Source: Eledone cirrhosa
Taxonomy: Eukaryota
Length of the DNA stretch: 64,000 nucleotides
Assembly: GCA_964016885.1 (NCBI GenBank)
Contig: OZ024753.1
Location: 8,680,001-8,744,000 of the forward strand
Direction: 5' to 3'
The translations under genes were made by a program, and so were the position numbers. The notes under the pieces are model-generated. The model saw only the letters and a program-made list of their open reading frames with translations. It was not told where the DNA came from and ran no database searches. Shown in pieces: positions 40,749 to 52,536 of this stretch (its first letter is position 1; each line of letters begins with the position of its first letter).

Positions 40749-41082
40749 CGTGAATGACCAAGCATAGACAAGTTGAGAGTGAAACTGTGTATAAGAGGGA
40801 TAGGCTGTAGTTTGCGAGAGAGAAGACTGCATTGGTATGAACATGTGATGCGCATGGAGGATGACCGCTGGGTAAAGAAGTGCCAAGAAATCCCAGTGGA
40901 AGGAAGACGCAGATGAGGAAGACCACGAAAATCATGGGTGGAGATGGTGAGAGCTGACCTCAGATCGCTGAATCTCACAGGGGAGATGACGAAGGACCGT
41001 GATGAATGGAGAGATGCTGTTTTGAAAAGGACCTGTCCCACTCTTGCAAGCAGGGAAAAGCGGATGTAAAATGATGATGACG
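40749..41082 (+). pseudogene. Decayed 3' ORF fragment of a second RTE family
   Basis: Manual translation RERRLHWYEHVMRMEDDRWVKKC...GRPRKSWVEMV...DRDEWR with two in-frame TGA; (GAT)n tail. Confidence 0.85.
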
Positions 41083-42041
41083 ACAACTCCCCCTCCCCCT
41101 CCCATCCTCCTCTTCCCCCTCCTACTGAACTTAATAAACCAAATCGAATTCATTCTTTCCAGACTGATACAGTTTACATGAAAATCAATTATCTAGCTGA
41201 AAAAGAAAAAAACAAATCTTTAATTTCCATCTCATATTTCATTTATATTGTTCCAGTTTGGTATAATATTTTATATAAACAAAATATTTATACTAGGAGA
41301 TAAATATTAAACTAACCCACCCACCCACCCTTCTAATATTAACACAAACTTTAATCTCCATATTTACGAGTCATTGAGAGTAATATTTTACATTTCCAGT
41401 GTTATTTGATCCAGAATAAAGAATTATTGGATGTATTTCTTATTAGCTGAATAAATTCCTTTCAATAAGCTCGCCACATACAACAAAGTTTTCATGGTTA
41501 TGGCAAAGTTTTCTCTGAAGTTTTCCTGTGAAGCCTTCTGTATGTAACAATATCTTTGATATGTTAAAGGCAAGAAAAGATTCCCAGTTTCAGCAAATAG
41601 CTCCAAAATAAACATCAAATTCTATTGCCACTGAAATTTACAAAAATACAAAGAGAAAATTTCAATAGACTTTTGTCAGTTGATATCATCAATAGAAATA
41701 GAAAGAGAAGTTCATTGAATAAAAATTCTGTTAAAGAATTCTACAGTGTGGTAATTGTAAATGTGCTATACAATTATACAAGTAAATTTACAAGGAGAGT
41801 GAGGGAATATATAGGAGAAAATTTATAATAAAAGACAAAACATATCTATATATACATATATGTATTTTATGTATGGGCCTGTGTTTATATATATAGATAT
41901 ATATCATTCTCTCTCTAGATATAGAGGTATATATGTATGTATATATATGTATATATATGTATATATATATATGTATATATATGTATATATATATGTATAT
42001 ATATATGTATATATATATATGTATATATATGTATATATATG

Positions 42042-42072
<31 letters not shown>

Positions 42073-42306
42073 GTATATATATATGTATATATATATATAT
42101 GTATATAGATATTACAATATTAAAGTAGGTTTACTGAATAAGAAGGATGAACTGTATATTTTATTTTAAAACTCCATCATATACGTCTACTAGTATAAAG
42201 GGAATTTATGTGAACAACTCAACAGTAATATAATTTACATTCACCTATATAAGTATATGTATCTTCACACAAACATACAGACACACACAAGTATATATAT
42301 GTGTGC

Positions 42307-42348
<42 letters not shown>

Positions 42349-42489
42349 GTGTTAAACAATATTCAATGATTATGTCAAAGAATGAGTTTTACTGTAGATT
42401 GGAAGCACTCAACGGAGAAAAAAAAAAATTTTCTGGAGTTATTAATATTAAAATATAAGTATTAATAAAATAGATGTTCTTTTGATCAA

Positions 42490-42550
42490 TTACATTTTAT
42501 TAGACATATTTCGGATGTACAACAGTACGTCCTCATCAGACAAAATATAA
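42490..42550 (-). ncRNA. Minimal type-I hammerhead ribozyme
   Basis: Reverse complement reads ttatattttgt-CTGATGA-ggacgtac-tgtt-gtacatcc-GAAA-tatgtc-TA-ataaaatgtaa. Confidence 0.85.
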
Positions 42551-42646
42551 TGATACATGACATACCCTGAGATGTTAAATGGTTAAGATTAAATCTTAAC
42601 CATTTAAATCTTAACCATTTAACATCTCAGGGTATGTCATGTATCA

Positions 42647-42707
42647 TTATATTTTGTCTGATGAGGACGTACTGTTGTACATCCGAAATATGTATAATAA
42701 AATGTAA
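42647..42707 (+). ncRNA. Minimal type-I hammerhead ribozyme, predicted cleavage after 42696
   Basis: 11-bp stem I ttatattttgt/ataaaatgtaa, CTGATGA 42658-64, stem II 7 of 8 bp, GAAA 42685-88, tatgta loop, UA cleavage site. Confidence 0.88.
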
Positions 42708-42807
42708 TTGATCAAAAGAACATCTATTTTATTAATACTTATATTTTAATATATATATATATATAATTCTTAGTCTTTCTCTTTTTAGATAGATACATAC
42801 ATATAAC

Positions 42808-43160
42808 GTTGTGCCCTTATATTATCTGTCTGTATGTCTGACTGTCTGCATTACGTCACTTCCCACAATTCCCTCTCCGTCCAGAACGCGCCCTTATAAT
42901 ATCTGTCTGTATGTCTGGCTGTCTGCTGCCTCCGGTTATTCTGCTACCCTTGCTCAAGACAAATCTCACACTCATTCCCCAAACAGTTGGTAAGTGCACA
43001 CAACTTCTTGCTCACGTTTTAAGCCACAGTGTTGCTTACTTACGTACCACCAGACCCTTACTTCTTTGCCAGCCGTGGTTGTGGCAATACTAAGCTTAGC
43101 TAAGGTGGTTATATATTTCACAATACCTTATCCTGTGCAACGCCGGGTCCCACTGCGAGT
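42808..43160 (+). mobile_element. Non-autonomous Helitron/DINE-like element
   Basis: (TGTC)-rich duplicated 5' block; 3' hairpin cctgtgcaacgccggg followed about 10 nt later by CGAGT, a CTAGT-like terminus. Confidence 0.55.
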
Positions 43161-43315
43161 ATATATATATTTACATAGGTGAATGTAAATTAATATTACT
43201 GTTCAGTTGTTCACATAGTATCCCTTTATACTGGTAGAAGTATATGATGGAGTTTTAAAATAAAGTATAGAGTTCATCCTTCTTATTCATTAAACCTACT
43301 TTAATATTGTAATAC

Positions 43316-43431
43316 ATGTGGTGTGTAGATATATATATAGTCAATTGTATGTATGTGTGAATGTGGTGTGGATATATATATATATATGTATAGTTAATTG
43401 TATGTATGTGTGTATGTGGTGTGGATATATA

Positions 43432-43467
<36 letters not shown>

Positions 43468-43501
43468 AATTGTATGTATGTGTGTATGTGGTGTGGATAT
43501 A

Positions 43502-43533
<32 letters not shown>

Positions 43534-43648
43534 GTATAGTTAATTGTATGTATGTGTGCGTGTGTATGTATATATATATATATATTTGTATATATATATG
43601 TATATAGTTAATTGTATGTATGTGTGTATGTGGTGTGGATATATACAG

Positions 43649-43680
<32 letters not shown>

Positions 43681-44690
43681 GTATAGTCAATTGTATGTAT
43701 GTGTGCGTGTGTATGTATATATATATTTATATATATATATGTATATAGTCAATTGTATGTATGTGTGCATGTGGTGTGGATATATATATATATGTATAGT
43801 CATTTGTATGGATGTGTGCGTGTGTGTGTAGATATATATATATGTATATAGTCAATTGTATGTATGTGTGCGTGTGTGTGTAGACATATATATATATGTG
43901 TATAGTCAATTGTATGTATGTGTGTGTGGTGTGTAGATATATATGTATGTATATAGTCAATTGTATGTATGTGTGTGTGGTGTGTAGATATATATGTATG
44001 TATATAGTCAATTGTATGTATGTGTGCGTGTGTGTGTAGATATATATATATGTATAGTCATTTGTATGTATGCGTGTGTGTAGATATATATATATGTATA
44101 TAGTCAATTATATGTATGCGTGCGTGTGTGTGTAGATATATATATATGTATATAGTCAATTGTATGTATGTGTGTGTGGTGTGTAGATATATATGTATGT
44201 ATATAGTCAATTGTATGTATGTGTGCGTGTGTGTGTAGATATATATATATGTATAGTCATTTGTATGTATGCGTGTGTGTAGATATATATATATGTATAT
44301 AGTCAATTATATGTATGCGTGCGTGTGTGTGTAGATATATATATATGTATATAGTCAATTGTATGTATGCGTGCGTGTGTGTGTAGATATATATATATGT
44401 ATATAGTCAATTGTATGTATGTGTGCGTGTGTGTGTAGATATATATATATGTATATAGTCAATTGTATGTATGTGTGCGTGTGTGTGTAGATATATATAT
44501 ATGTATATAGTCAATTGTATGTATGCGTGCGTGTGTGTGTAGATATATATATATGTATATAGTCAATTGTATGTATGCGTGCGTGTGTGTGTAGATATAT
44601 ATATATGTATATAGTCAATTGTATGTATGCGTGCGTGTGTGTGTAGATGTATATATATGTATATAGTCAATTGTATGTATGTGTGCGTGT
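43316..44690. repeat. About 50-bp minisatellite
   Basis: Unit atatagtcaattgtatgtatgtgtgcgtgtgtgtgtagatatatatatatgt. Confidence 0.95.
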
Positions 44691-44753
44691 GGGTGTCTGT
44701 CTGTCTTCTCTCCCCTTAACTTTCTCCCTCACTCACTCTTTCTCTCTCTCTTA

Positions 44754-44790
<37 letters not shown>

Positions 44791-44815
44791 CCTCCCTCTA
44801 TCTTTCTCTCTCTCC

Positions 44816-44846
<31 letters not shown>

Positions 44847-45182
44847 GCATCTTTAGTCAGTTGCCTATATGTATGTATTTGTGTGTCCTTTCTATCCCTA
44901 ACTCATTTTCTTTTCCTCTTTCTCTCAAACTTTCTCTCTCTTTAACTCTCTCTTTCTCTCTCACCAACTCTCTCTCTCAGCAACTCACTCTCTCTCAGCA
45001 ACTCACTCTCTCTCTCTCAGCAGATATCACAACATATTATATAATTCCTCCATGGCATTATACCCTTTCAAATTAACGAGTTTAAATCAAGTGTAAACAT
45101 AATGTACACACATACATATAAATCCACACAAACATACATATGTGTACACTCCTACATACATATATACACACACATATATATG

Positions 45183-45235
<53 letters not shown>

Positions 45236-45237
<2 letters not shown>

Positions 45238-45396
45238 CAAAGGAGTTGTGGTAAGGAACCAGATGGACCAGAAATAGCCATTGAAACGGCTTGAGCTCTG
45301 CCATCGGGGTCATACACTTTCCTATATATATATATATATATATTTATATGGTTCGTTATGGTCCATCTGGTTCCTTACCACATTTTCTTCGTTATA
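45236..45396 (+). mobile_element. Rearranged GUC-hammerhead family copy
   Basis: gaaacggcttgagctctgccatcggggtc between inverted copies of the tail end (tggttccttaccaca). Confidence 0.7.
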
Positions 45397-45421
45397 TTTA
45401 TATATATATATATATATATAT

Positions 45422-45642
45422 ATTATTTATTAAAATAACAAATTAAAGTTTAAGCAAAGAATCGCTGCTTTCACCCTTAACGGGTAATTTTCAGAAGATC
45501 CCGTTAAGGGTGAAAGCAGCAATTCTTTGCTTGAACTTTAATCTGTTATTTTAATAAATATTTGCTCTACGGTTCTTATATATTTGATATATATTTATCC
45601 TTATCGAGCCCTCTTTGGATTTTAGTCTTCAAATTTATTACT
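45422..45642 (+). mobile_element. Palindrome-plus-tail element in (TA)n
   Basis: About 60-bp arms around gtaattttcagaagat; tail has GCTC...tc-GAGCCCT. Confidence 0.7.
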
Positions 45643-45651
45643 ATATATATA

Positions 45652-45858
45652 TATAAAGTTAACTAAAAGTCAAATGATTAAAATTTAGCTTCGTTTATTA
45701 CTGCAGTAATAAACGAAGCTAAATTTTAATCCTTTGACTTTTATTTAACTTTATTTTACACTACTCCGGAGTAACCAAACCAACCTTCACACTTCGTTGA
45801 GTGCTCCAGCCTGCATACTGAGGTGTTGGTATACAACCAACATAAACTCAAAATCTCT
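45652..45858 (+). mobile_element. Palindrome-plus-tail element in (TA)n
   Basis: About 50-bp arms centred on ctgcag; tail has ACTC-cggagt...acttcg-tt-GAGTGCT. Confidence 0.7.
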
Positions 45859-46520
45859 ATATATATATATATGAAAAGAGGCAGGATATTTCGGACGCTA
45901 GAAAATAGAATGAGAAATTAAAGAAAAATAAAAAAGATTGAGGAAACGAGCAGTGGCAGAAATAAAAGAAATCTTTTTAGAGAAGAAAACAGGTCTAATC
46001 ACATCACCATCTCTAGGAAAACTGTTGATGGTGCCATTTTGTGAAAGATAATCTTGTTTAAAAGTTGGTGATCGAACATGTCTAGCTGAAAGGAAAAAAA
46101 AAACGTTTTGTATAGAAAGATGTATGTGTGCACATGCGTATACAAGTGCATGTACGTGTGTTTTTGTTATTCACTCATACAAAGGTAAGGGGATATGTGT
46201 GTGTATATGTAAGTATAAGAGTGTGTGTGTGTGTTTCAGTATGGAGTTGTGAGCATATGTGTATATAATAAGGGTGTGTTTGTGTTGGTGTGTATGCTCA
46301 TATTACTCACTCAATGAAACAAGATTTGAATATAATATCGCTCAAACCTGAACATACACAACACGTTATTCATAATGGGGGCATTGCAAGTATTTATAGT
46401 AAATGTTTGCCATATATATGTATGTGCGCGTGTGTATTATATATTATAAAGAAAACGAAAAATCAGTGATGCATCTGGACTTAGTTTATTTCGTGTTACA
46501 ATTGTTTTGCCGGCATGTAG

Positions 46521-46808
46521 CTCGAGTCATGGTCCTTGTATGGATCTGGCTGATTCTACTTCTGCGGGTTCTTTCAGACACGGGTGTTATGTCCGGAGCA
46601 AATTTTATCACTGGGGTGTTATCATCAAGAAACACCCTCAAAAAACCCTATTTCCACTCCTGTCGTGCCATTGGCTGTTTTTACTCCACGTCATCACAAG
46701 TTCTGGTCAGTATCTGCTGCCACGCGGTTCATCAACCATTTTCCGTCAGACACATTTCAATGGAGTCATGCTGGGTTCAGTACTTCACACGTCTGCTCAC
46801 ACTTCAGA
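46521..46808 (+). CDS. Possible exon, 288 nt, phase 1-1, with hydrophobic N-terminal stretch
   Basis: Unique, GC-richer island; tgtAG at 46519-20, GTAAGC at 46809; open frame RVMVLVWIWLILLLRVLSDTG...RLLTLQ; no recognisable domain. Confidence 0.3.
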
Positions 46809-46819
46809 GTAAGCACCCA

Positions 46820-47655
46820 CACATACTAAAATACACACATAACAACACACACATGCTAATATACACACATAACAACACACACACATACTAAAATACACAC
46901 ATAACAACACACACACACATACTAAATTACACACATAACAACACACACACATACTAAAATACACACATAACAACACACGCACATACTAAAACACACACAT
47001 AACAACACACACACACATACTAAAACACACACATAACAACACACACACATACTAAAATACACACATAACAACACACACATGCTAATATACACACATAACA
47101 ACACACACACATACTAAAATACACACATAACAACACACACACACATACTAAATTACACACATAACAACACACACACATACTAAAATACACACACGCACAT
47201 ACTAAAATACACACATAACAACACACGCACATACTAAAACACACACATAACAACACACACACACATACTAAAATACACACATAACAACACACACACACAT
47301 ACTAAAATACACACATAACAACACACGCACATACTAAAACACACACATAACAACACACACACACATACTAAAACACACACATAACAACACACACATACTA
47401 AAATACACACATAACAACACACACACACACTAAAATACACACATAACAACACACACACACATACTAAAATACACACATAACAACACACACACACATACTA
47501 AAATACACACATAACAACACACACACATACTAAAATACACACATAACAACACACACATACTAAAATACACACATAACAACACACACATACTAAAATACAC
47601 ACATAACAACACACACACACATACTAAAATACACACATAACAACACACACACATG
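46820..47655. repeat. About 30-bp CA-rich minisatellite
   Basis: Unit atactaaaatacacacataacaacacacacac. Confidence 0.95.
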
Positions 47656-47742
47656 CAGACACATACCCATCTATGCATACACACACGTACGCCTACATGC
47701 ACAGACACCCCACCCCCACATACCACTATACACAACTATATA

Positions 47743-48068
47743 AGGCACATGGTTTAGTGGTTAGAGCATTGGCCTTGCAATCGAAAGGTTGTGAGTTCAA
47801 TTCTCAGACCGGGTGATGTGTTGTTTCCTTGAGCAAGACACTTTATTTCACATTGCTCCAGTTTACTCAGCTGTAGAAATGAGATGATAGGGACTGGGGT
47901 CCATATCATTCCACTGCAAAGTGGTCGTGGAGGTGCCACGGCAAAAAAGCACCCAGCACTCACTGTAAATGAGGTTGGTGTTAGGAAGGGCATCCAGCTG
48001 TAGAAATCAAGCCAGAATCAGTTCCCGTCTCACCCTTGCAAGCAAAGAAAAGCGGACGTAAAATGAAA

Positions 48069-48072
<4 letters not shown>
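47743..48072 (+). mobile_element. tRNA/Meta SINE with RTE-derived tail
   Basis: Near-identical to 30650-30990. Confidence 0.9.
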
Positions 48073-48106
<34 letters not shown>

Positions 48107-48111
<5 letters not shown>

Positions 48112-48649
48112 AACAAAAGATGGTTAAAAGAGTTCCATGTATTTTATTATGCGCATTTCAAAAACAAATATCATCATGCAATAATATTTGTGTTTTCATC
48201 AGATAAAACAGGAAGACATGATATGAAGGTTAAAAAACACTTGTGGATAGTGCAGTTTTAAATCAACATATGAGAAGTAGTTTTAGATTGATGTGTGATA
48301 TTTGGAAAAATATTTTATTTTGAGGGGGGGGGGGCTGAAAAAGAGGAGGAGATGAGAGTAAAAAGTGGAGAGGGAGGAGTATAATGAGGAAGGATGAGAT
48401 AGGAGGAGAGATGGGTGATAGAGAGAGAGAGATAGCTTTTATAACTGAGAAAGATATATTGTTTTACATAGAGAGGTTGAAAACCGTTGGAAGATAATGT
48501 ATAAATTAAAAGAATTTGAAAATTAACGAAGAGAAAATAATGTAAAGTTAAGGTTTGTATATTGTATGTATACTCCAGTCCTACAAACTGTAGAGTGCTT
48601 CTTATCCGATATCTGCATTGCTTTATTGTACTACAATAAAACTCACCTC

Positions 48650-48655
<6 letters not shown>
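48107..48655 (-). mobile_element. Family B pLTR-type element with inverted tail
   Basis: Hammerhead-bearing body on -, tail on + (48565-48655); (TA)n flanks. Confidence 0.85.
48140..48210 (-). ncRNA. Minimal type-I hammerhead ribozyme, core intact
   Basis: Reverse complement reads tgttttat-CTGATGA-aaacacaaatattatt-gcat-gatgatatttgttttt-GAAA-tgcgca-TA-ataaaata. Confidence 0.85.
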
Positions 48656-48690
<35 letters not shown>

Positions 48691-48716
48691 ACATATATAT
48701 ATGTACATATATATAT

Positions 48717-49195
48717 AAAAGATTGGAGGCCATATTCAGTTTATGATTCAAGTTTATTTAAAACTCCATTATACATATAAACAAATTAACTCGAAAATAC
48801 AGTTTTGAGATGCGACTGCTTCAGGTTGAGATCTGATGAGCATATTTTAATGTTTGTGACTTATTCGCTTTCATCCATACTTTTTCCTCCATCCTATCTT
48901 CTCTTCCTTCCTTTGAATCAACTCACATCTAGCCACTCATTTCTGTCCTTCGAGGTAATATTTTACCCAACACCGTTTCAATGGTATTTTGCTGTTCTAA
49001 CAGCTTCCATATGCTGAGTTTTCCCATTTTTCTGAGAATCCATCATACATATTTCACTGAGAACTATCAGTTATGATAGCCTAAACTCTTCAGACAACAA
49101 AACCTAAAATAAACATTGAAAATTCCTAAAAAAAAACCCATTTAAATTTGGAAAAATCCAAAAATTTCCCCCCAAAAAAACCTTTTTCTTCAACG
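48717..49195 (-). mobile_element. Family D pLTR-type element whose hammerhead is split by an insertion
   Basis: Homologous to the reverse complement of 20404-20630; TCTTCAG at 49087-93 and TTTC at 49052-55; interrupted by 48779-49039. Confidence 0.75.
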
Positions 49196-49249
49196 CACCA
49201 TAATGTGGTCCGAACATCTCTGGTTAACCCCATACTCTCTCTATATAAA

Positions 49250-49383
49250 TATTTGTTTCTAGATTTGGCACAAGGCCAGCAATTACCCCAGTGCATTACT
49301 GGTACTTTATTTTACCGACCCCCGTAAGGATGAAAGGCAAAGTTAACCTTGGCGGGATTTGAACTCAGAATGGCAAGGGCTAT
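49250..49383 (-). mobile_element. Nin-type SINE
   Basis: Core match to the other copies. Confidence 0.85.
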
Positions 49384-49664
49384 GACACACACATATTAAG
49401 TGTATCTACAGTATGGATTGGTTGTTAGAATGACTGTAGTTATATAACTGTACCCAATAAGAAACAGAGATTTTACAATAATATGAAGGAATTTAATAAG
49501 ATATATTCACAAATCGTCATCATTATCATCATCATTATCATCATCATTTAATGTTCGATCTCTTCTCTGTTAGCAAATGTTATTTAAGAGCATTTGATTT
49601 TAGAAGTTATAATCTACTTTATATATTAATAAATCTATGACTCTCCATAACATACATGTAGGAA

Positions 49665-50296
49665 CACACACACACACACATGCACACGCACACACGCGCG
49701 CGCATGCACACACATACACACACATATATATATACACACACACACTGTTACAGACTATGTCAAATATCTAATGCCTGTCTGTTTGTCCTGAGTCTTGAAC
49801 ATATACAAACACACACAGACATATACATATATACTCACATACACAGACATACACATATGTACACACACACATATATATACATACACACATATATACATAT
49901 GCACACATATACACACACACAGATACACACACATATATATATACACACACACTCCCTCACACACACATACATATATATACACACATATATATATACATAT
50001 ATATATATATACACACACACTCTCTCTCACTCACACACACACATATATATATACACACACACTCCCTCACACTCACACACACATATATATACACACACAC
50101 TCTCTCACTCACACACGCATACACACACACACATTCCTTTACACACACACACTCCCTCACACACACATACATATATATACACATACATATATATATACAC
50201 ACACACTCTCTCTCACTCACACACACACACATATATATATATACACACACTCCCTCACACACATACACACATGTATTCACTACACAGATACACACT
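49665..50296. repeat. (CA)/(TA)/(CT) complex microsatellite
   Basis: Read directly from the sequence. Confidence 0.9.
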
Positions 50297-51149
50297 GTTA
50301 AACAACTAATGGTTGTCTGTTTAGTCCCGAGTCTTGATGTAAAATTTAGGTATTGGAAACATGGATATAAAAAAGCCTAAAAATGATAAGCCAGTATTTT
50401 CAACTCAGTATTATTACAATTAAATGTCATGTCTATACCATTTGATGCTCTTTTAAGAATAATCTTTTAAAAGTCAATTGTATTTAGTATTTTATTAGTT
50501 GCATTGATCTTTACTATTAAACAAACTATAGAAGATATTTTAGTTATTTACTTATTTAGTTATATTTTATTTTTATTCCATGCAGAATTTCATTGATTTA
50601 AATGATAAAAAAAATAAAAATAGATAAAAAAAACCTGAAATGAAATCAAATCAAATGAAAGCTGCTTTTGTTACCAAATTCAACAATTCCATTTAGTAAA
50701 ATGTCTTAACGTTTTAAAGACTTAAACAAAAATGTAGTAAAAAAAAAAATAATTTGATGATGTTCTTAATCTTATTTTCTTCATCTTTAAAATATCTTCA
50801 CTCGATTATCACCAACATTTTCTATAGTACACAATTACTTACAATAAAAGATCAATCAAGCATTATCTTTTTAATGATTAACTTTTATAGGATTTTGTTG
50901 TTGTTGTTTTTGTAATACCTGGATGAAAGTTTAAAGATTATACCTGCCATGTTGTTAAAGGTGTTGCTTGTCATAGTTTTCAATACTTTATATTTAATTA
51001 TATTGATTTCTTACCTGGCTACATTGTCTCAAATTTACGGAGAGAGATGAATCGGGAGCATTTTATTATAAGATAATTTCCTTCATTGAACCAAATACAC
51101 AAATTTCTCGAGAACATCTCTTATTGATTAGCATTAATTTATTTTCAAA

Positions 51150-51576
51150 GGGCGGTGGATTGGCAGTATCGGTAGAGGGTCGGACGCCATGCTTTCCAGC
51201 ATAGTTACGTCCCTTTACGATCTGAGTTCAAATCCCGCCGAAGTTGACTTTGCCTTTCATCCTTACGGGGTCGATAAAAAAATAAAGTACCAGTAATGCA
51301 CTGGGGTAATTGCTGGCCTTGTGCCTAAAGTAGAAACAATTATATTTCTTTTCATACCTGGCTATTATTTTATCATAACGGCAGTGGATTGGCAGTATCA
51401 GTGGAAGGTCAGACGCCATGCTTTGCAGCATAGAGTTACGTCCCTTTACAGTCTGAGTTCAAATCCTGCTGAAGTTAACTTTGCCTTTCAGCCTTACAGG
51501 ATCGATAAAATAAAGTACCAGTAATGTACTGAGATAATTGCTGGCCTTGTGCCAAATGTAGAAACAATTATTATTT
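51150..51576 (+). mobile_element. Two full-length Nin-type SINEs
   Basis: ggcggtggattggcagtatcggtag head, B box gagttcaaatccc, core and tail. Confidence 0.9.
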
Positions 51577-51722
51577 CATATATATATATTATTATATATA
51601 TATATATATATAATTATCGTCATCTATATATTATTATCGTCATCATCATCATCATCATCATTTAACATCTGCTTTTCCATGCTGTCAGGGGTTGGACATT
51701 TTGTTAATATTTAAGTTAATAT

Positions 51723-51932
51723 TTAACCCTTTAGCATTTAAACCGGCCATATCTGGCCAGAATTCTCTTACATGTTTCTGTTCTTAGCGGCTGTAAATGG
51801 CCACTCGTACTGATGTTAAGGTATTGTTCTCAAAATAAATAATATTAAAATCTTACAGATTCGATATTATGTGAATTAAAGCTGTGAAAATACAATAGTA
51901 AATATAGAGTAATGTAAATGGTAAAGGGTTAA
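51723..51932. mobile_element. piggyBac-type MITE
   Basis: TTAA-CCCTTTAGCATTTA...TAAATGGTAAAGGG-TTAA. Confidence 0.9.
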
Positions 51933-52188
51933 TCAGAGCTACTGACTTCACAGATAGGTGTAGTTTAAGGCCTCACTTAAACATATGTTGCAGCACTTTA
52001 CAGAGTTTACTTGGTGCATTTTATGGTGGCACTGGCACAAGGAATGTTGTCATGCCCTTGACACAACTAAAGAATCCCCTCAACCCTTTATTTGGTATCG
52101 TTCCTACATCTAGAGGCCCTTCCTAATGCTACTTTGTTTTGTTAATATTAGAGAATGAAAACCATTTCCATCTTGGTGGGATTTGGAC

Positions 52189-52419
52189 TTAACCCTTTAG
52201 TATTTACATTATTCTATATTTACTATTGTATTTTCATGGTAAATGCTTTACCTAACATGATTATCTCACATAATATCAAATCTATGAGATTTTGATGTTT
52301 TTTTTATTTTGAGAACAATACCTTAACATAAGTATGAGTAACCAGTTACAGCCTGTTTGAACAGAAAGAGGTGAGAGAATTATAGCCGGATACAGCTAGT
52401 TTAAATGCTAAAGGGTTAA
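52189..52419. mobile_element. piggyBac-type MITE, inverted relative to 51723-51932
   Basis: Same TIRs and TTAA flanks. Confidence 0.9.
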
Positions 52420-52464
52420 AAGAAATCTAATGAGATCATAAAATATAACTGACTCATTGCTCTG

Positions 52465-52536
52465 TAACTGTTGGCGTAATGGAAACGCAGTGGTTTGGAT
52501 AACCAAAGATGTGGGCTCAACTCCCATGTACGTCAA
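52465..52536 (+). pseudogene. tRNA-like sequence (pseudogene or SINE head)
   Basis: D arm gcgt/acgc, anticodon arm tggt/acca, T arm gtggg/cccat; acceptor stem broken; T6 run downstream. Confidence 0.5.

Larger units (their letters stand above)
42343..42750. mobile_element. Palindromic pLTR-type element, family A, with a hammerhead in each arm
   Basis: About 145-bp arms (42445-42592 and 42605-42750) plus a left tail; (TA)n flanks. Confidence 0.9.

Noticed and set aside
41424-41630. Minus-strand acceptor-like site and short ORF; minus-strand donor-like site near 51015
   Set aside because: No coherent exon chain or protein similarity; could be chance or lncRNA.
45490-45530. CAGAAGA-tccc/gggt-GAAA as a complete hammerhead
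   Set aside because: Core has a U-to-A change and there is no stem I; at most a 3' half remnant.
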